Made by a program: the position numbers and the translations under genes
The notes under the pieces: model-generated
Told to the model about the DNA's origin: nothing
What the model saw: only the letters and a program-made list of their open reading frames with translations
The model's database searches: none
Shown: positions 61,880 through 64,000 of the stretch, piece by piece
Layout: the number at the start of each line of letters is the position of its first letter
How positions within the stretch are numbered: the stretch's first letter is position 1
Source: Methanobacteriota archaeon
GTDB taxonomy: Archaea; Thermoplasmatota; Thermoplasmata; SG8-5; JAGLSY01
DNA: 64,000 nucleotides
Assembly: GCA_020697715.1 (NCBI GenBank)
Contig: JAEHCO010000001.1
Coordinates: 618,139 to 682,138, forward strand
Reading direction: 5' to 3'

Positions 61880-62441
61880 TAAAACGAAGGAATTGGTCAT
61901 GCCAGGGGATGTCCTATCCACAACGGAGGAATATCTTCCTGGAGAAGGCACTTACGTGCATGGGGACAATATATGCTCCGCCCTTACAGGGAAACCATAT
62001 TTTGATGAAGATTCTAAATCAGCCAGTGTGATATCTCTAAATAATCCCGCTATACCGGGAACAGATGATATCGTGTATGGTGTGATTACCAATATCAATC
62101 CAAAGATGGCGATCGTCTCCATATTGGCGATAGAAGGAATGGGAAGGCAGCTGGCTGTGGAAAAAAGAGCCAACCTTCATGCATCAAAGATGGCTCCTGG
62201 AGGTAAGACCAAACCTCGCTCTCTGTTCAAGGAGATGGAGATCATAAGAGCGAAGGTCACCCAGGATCATCCATCCATTCAATTATCGACCATCGATCCA
62301 GAGTTCGGAACCATCAAAGCATACTGCAAGAGATGTAGAGATGTCCTTCAGGTGAAGGGCAAGGAGCTATGGTGTGTGAAATGCGATACCAAAGAAGGTA
62401 GGAAGATCGCGGATAATTATGGCCTGGCTTATGATGAGTGA
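61872..62441 (+). CDS. csl4: Exosome RNA-binding subunit Csl4
   Basis: VMPGD.L...EE..PGEGTY, S1 domain, C-terminal Zn ribbon CKRC..CVKC..E.RK. Confidence 0.93.
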   Translation: MSDKTKELVMPGDVLSTTEEYLPGEGTYVHGDNICSALTGKPYFDEDSKSASVISLNNPAIPGTDDIVYGVITNINPKMAIVSILAIEGMGRQLAVEKRANLHASKMAPGGKTKPRSLFKEMEIIRAKVTQDHPSIQLSTIDPEFGTIKAYCKRCRDVLQVKGKELWCVKCDTKEGRKIADNYGLAYDE

Positions 62442-62504
62442 TATCTGGAATAGTCGAAAGTAATATGAACCTCTGATAATATATACTCTGATGTAGGGAG
62501 ACAC

Positions 62505-62684
62505 ATGAGCGTCAGCACAGATGAATTATTGATGGAGATCCGGCAGCTTAGAGCCGAGATGCAGCAGATGAGGAATATAGTGAACTCACTCGTAAGTATC
62601 ATAATCGAGATCGAGGGTGGGGACGAGGATTCGGAGATGTTCCTTCCAGATGGTGCAGAGAACAATTACCTCATGTACAATTAG
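62505..62684 (+). CDS. 59-aa hypothetical protein: coiled-coil N-terminus, acidic tail ending in MYN (absent from the ORF track)
   Basis: Manual translation MSVSTDELLMEIRQLRAEMQQMRNIVNSLVSIIIEIEGGDEDSEMFLPDGAENNYLMYN; AGGGAG upstream; stop 6 nt before glyA. Confidence 0.75.
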   Translation: MSVSTDELLMEIRQLRAEMQQMRNIVNSLVSIIIEIEGGDEDSEMFLPDGAENNYLMYN

Positions 62685-62690
62685 GATACC

Positions 62691-63890
62691 ATGATCGAAG
62701 TTTCAGAGATCATACAAGCTCATGACCAGTGGCGTTCGAAATGTATCAATCTAATACCTTCGGAGAATATTTTGAGTCAAAATGTTAGAAAGGCACTATC
62801 GACGGATATGGCCAGTCGTTATACACTTCCAATAAATCAGGAGATACACGGTTCCTTTGTGGAGAATGCCTATCGGGGAACTCGAGGCCTTGACGAGGTG
62901 GAGAGATATGCTAATGAACTGGCCTCAGATATCTTTTCAGCCAAACATGTGACCTTCGCGCCATTGTCCGGACATATAGCCGCAATGGGCGCTCTCCTAT
63001 CATTATGTGAGAAAGGTGATACGGTAATGGCCATTTCTTCAGATAATGGAGGATATGATGGCTATGGGGCAGATTACCTACCGGATATGCTTGATATGAA
63101 GGCAGAAACACTGCCCTTTGATAGCGGGCAGTGGAATGTCGATATAGAACGTGCTATCGAAAAGATCCATGATACCAAACCAAAGTTGGTCATGCTGGGA
63201 GCCAGCTTCTTCCCTTTCCCACATCCGACAAGAGAATTATCAAAGGCCTGCAAGGAAGTGCACGCATACCTGGCATATGACGGATGCCATGTCTTCGGGC
63301 TTATCGCGGGAAAGGAGTTCCAGGACCCACTGGCAGAGGGAGTGGATCTGATGATCGGCAACACTCACAAGAGCTTTTTCGGCCCCCAGGGCGGCGCATT
63401 GCTCACCAATGATGATGAGATATTCACCAAGGTGAAGAAGAACATGACATGGCGCACTGTGGACAATATTCATTGGAACAGGATCGCTGCCACGGCCCAG
63501 TCCCTTGTCGAGATGAAGGAGTATGGGGTGAGATATGCCACACAGGTGGTCAAGAACTCCAAAGCTCTGGCAAAGGCTTTGGATGACCTTGGACTTCAGC
63601 CATTGCTTCGTGATAGGGGATACACAGCCTCTCATCAGGTATTGCTGGATTCGGCGATAATCAAGGAAAAGTGGGGCATGGATCTCAATTCCATGGCGGT
63701 CGCTCTTGAACAGAATAATATCATCACGGACGCGGTTGGAAGATTAGGAACAAATGAGATCACCCGACTCGGCATGAAAGAGGATGACATGCATATTGTC
63801 GCTAAAATGATCATAAAGGTATTAGATGGCGAAAATATTGCCAAAAACGTCAAAAATCTGAGAAAATCCTTTGAAATCTCCTTTTTTTGA
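62691..63890 (+). CDS. glyA: Serine hydroxymethyltransferase (archaeal type)
   Basis: INLIPSEN, THKSFFGPQGG PLP-lysine motif, RLGTNEITRLGM. Confidence 0.93.
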   Translation: MIEVSEIIQAHDQWRSKCINLIPSENILSQNVRKALSTDMASRYTLPINQEIHGSFVENAYRGTRGLDEVERYANELASDIFSAKHVTFAPLSGHIAAMGALLSLCEKGDTVMAISSDNGGYDGYGADYLPDMLDMKAETLPFDSGQWNVDIERAIEKIHDTKPKLVMLGASFFPFPHPTRELSKACKEVHAYLAYDGCHVFGLIAGKEFQDPLAEGVDLMIGNTHKSFFGPQGGALLTNDDEIFTKVKKNMTWRTVDNIHWNRIAATAQSLVEMKEYGVRYATQVVKNSKALAKALDDLGLQPLLRDRGYTASHQVLLDSAIIKEKWGMDLNSMAVALEQNNIITDAVGRLGTNEITRLGMKEDDMHIVAKMIIKVLDGENIAKNVKNLRKSFEISFF

Positions 63891-64000
63891 TCAATAATAT
63901 TTTGAAAACATAGAATAAAGCTCAAATTATTGCCATGTATCTTCCTATATTACGAAAATCAGCAAGGCAATATGGATTGAAGAGATATTGTTTTATACCT

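Overview
Archaeal chromosomal segment, most likely an uncultured Thermoplasmata lineage. This is inferred from the unsplit RpoB, RpoA'' with an N-terminal extension, bacterial-type SerRS and MutS, and no methanogenesis genes in the window. It is mostly core genome: rpoH-B-A'-A''-rpl30e-nusA, serS/hisS/valS, purB, EF-1beta, rps15, RecJ/GAN, Trk K+ uptake, mutS, lpdA, csl4 and glyA. It also holds a type IV pilus assembly operon with two ATPases, a distant pilin, two giant orphan peptide-binding surface proteins, two wHTH-STAND regulators, a thiolase-like/DUF35 pair and four tRNAs, two of them with introns. The strongest unexplained signal is non-coding. A modular structured element begins immediately after both tRNA-Leu genes (19251 and 57664). 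Its two copies show four compensatory base-pair changes and a compensatory indel in a pseudoknot topology, and one copy carries an extra two-hairpin module that recurs alone at 54531. Other notable items are a two-intron tRNA-Lys with a D-loop intron, a tRNA leader complementary to its own tRNA, a triplicated nusA 3' end whose coding part differs only at synonymous sites, an IS200/IS605-end-like remnant, and a small ORF missing from the ORF track that ends in an HbYX-like motif. All calls come from reading the sequence; no searches were run.
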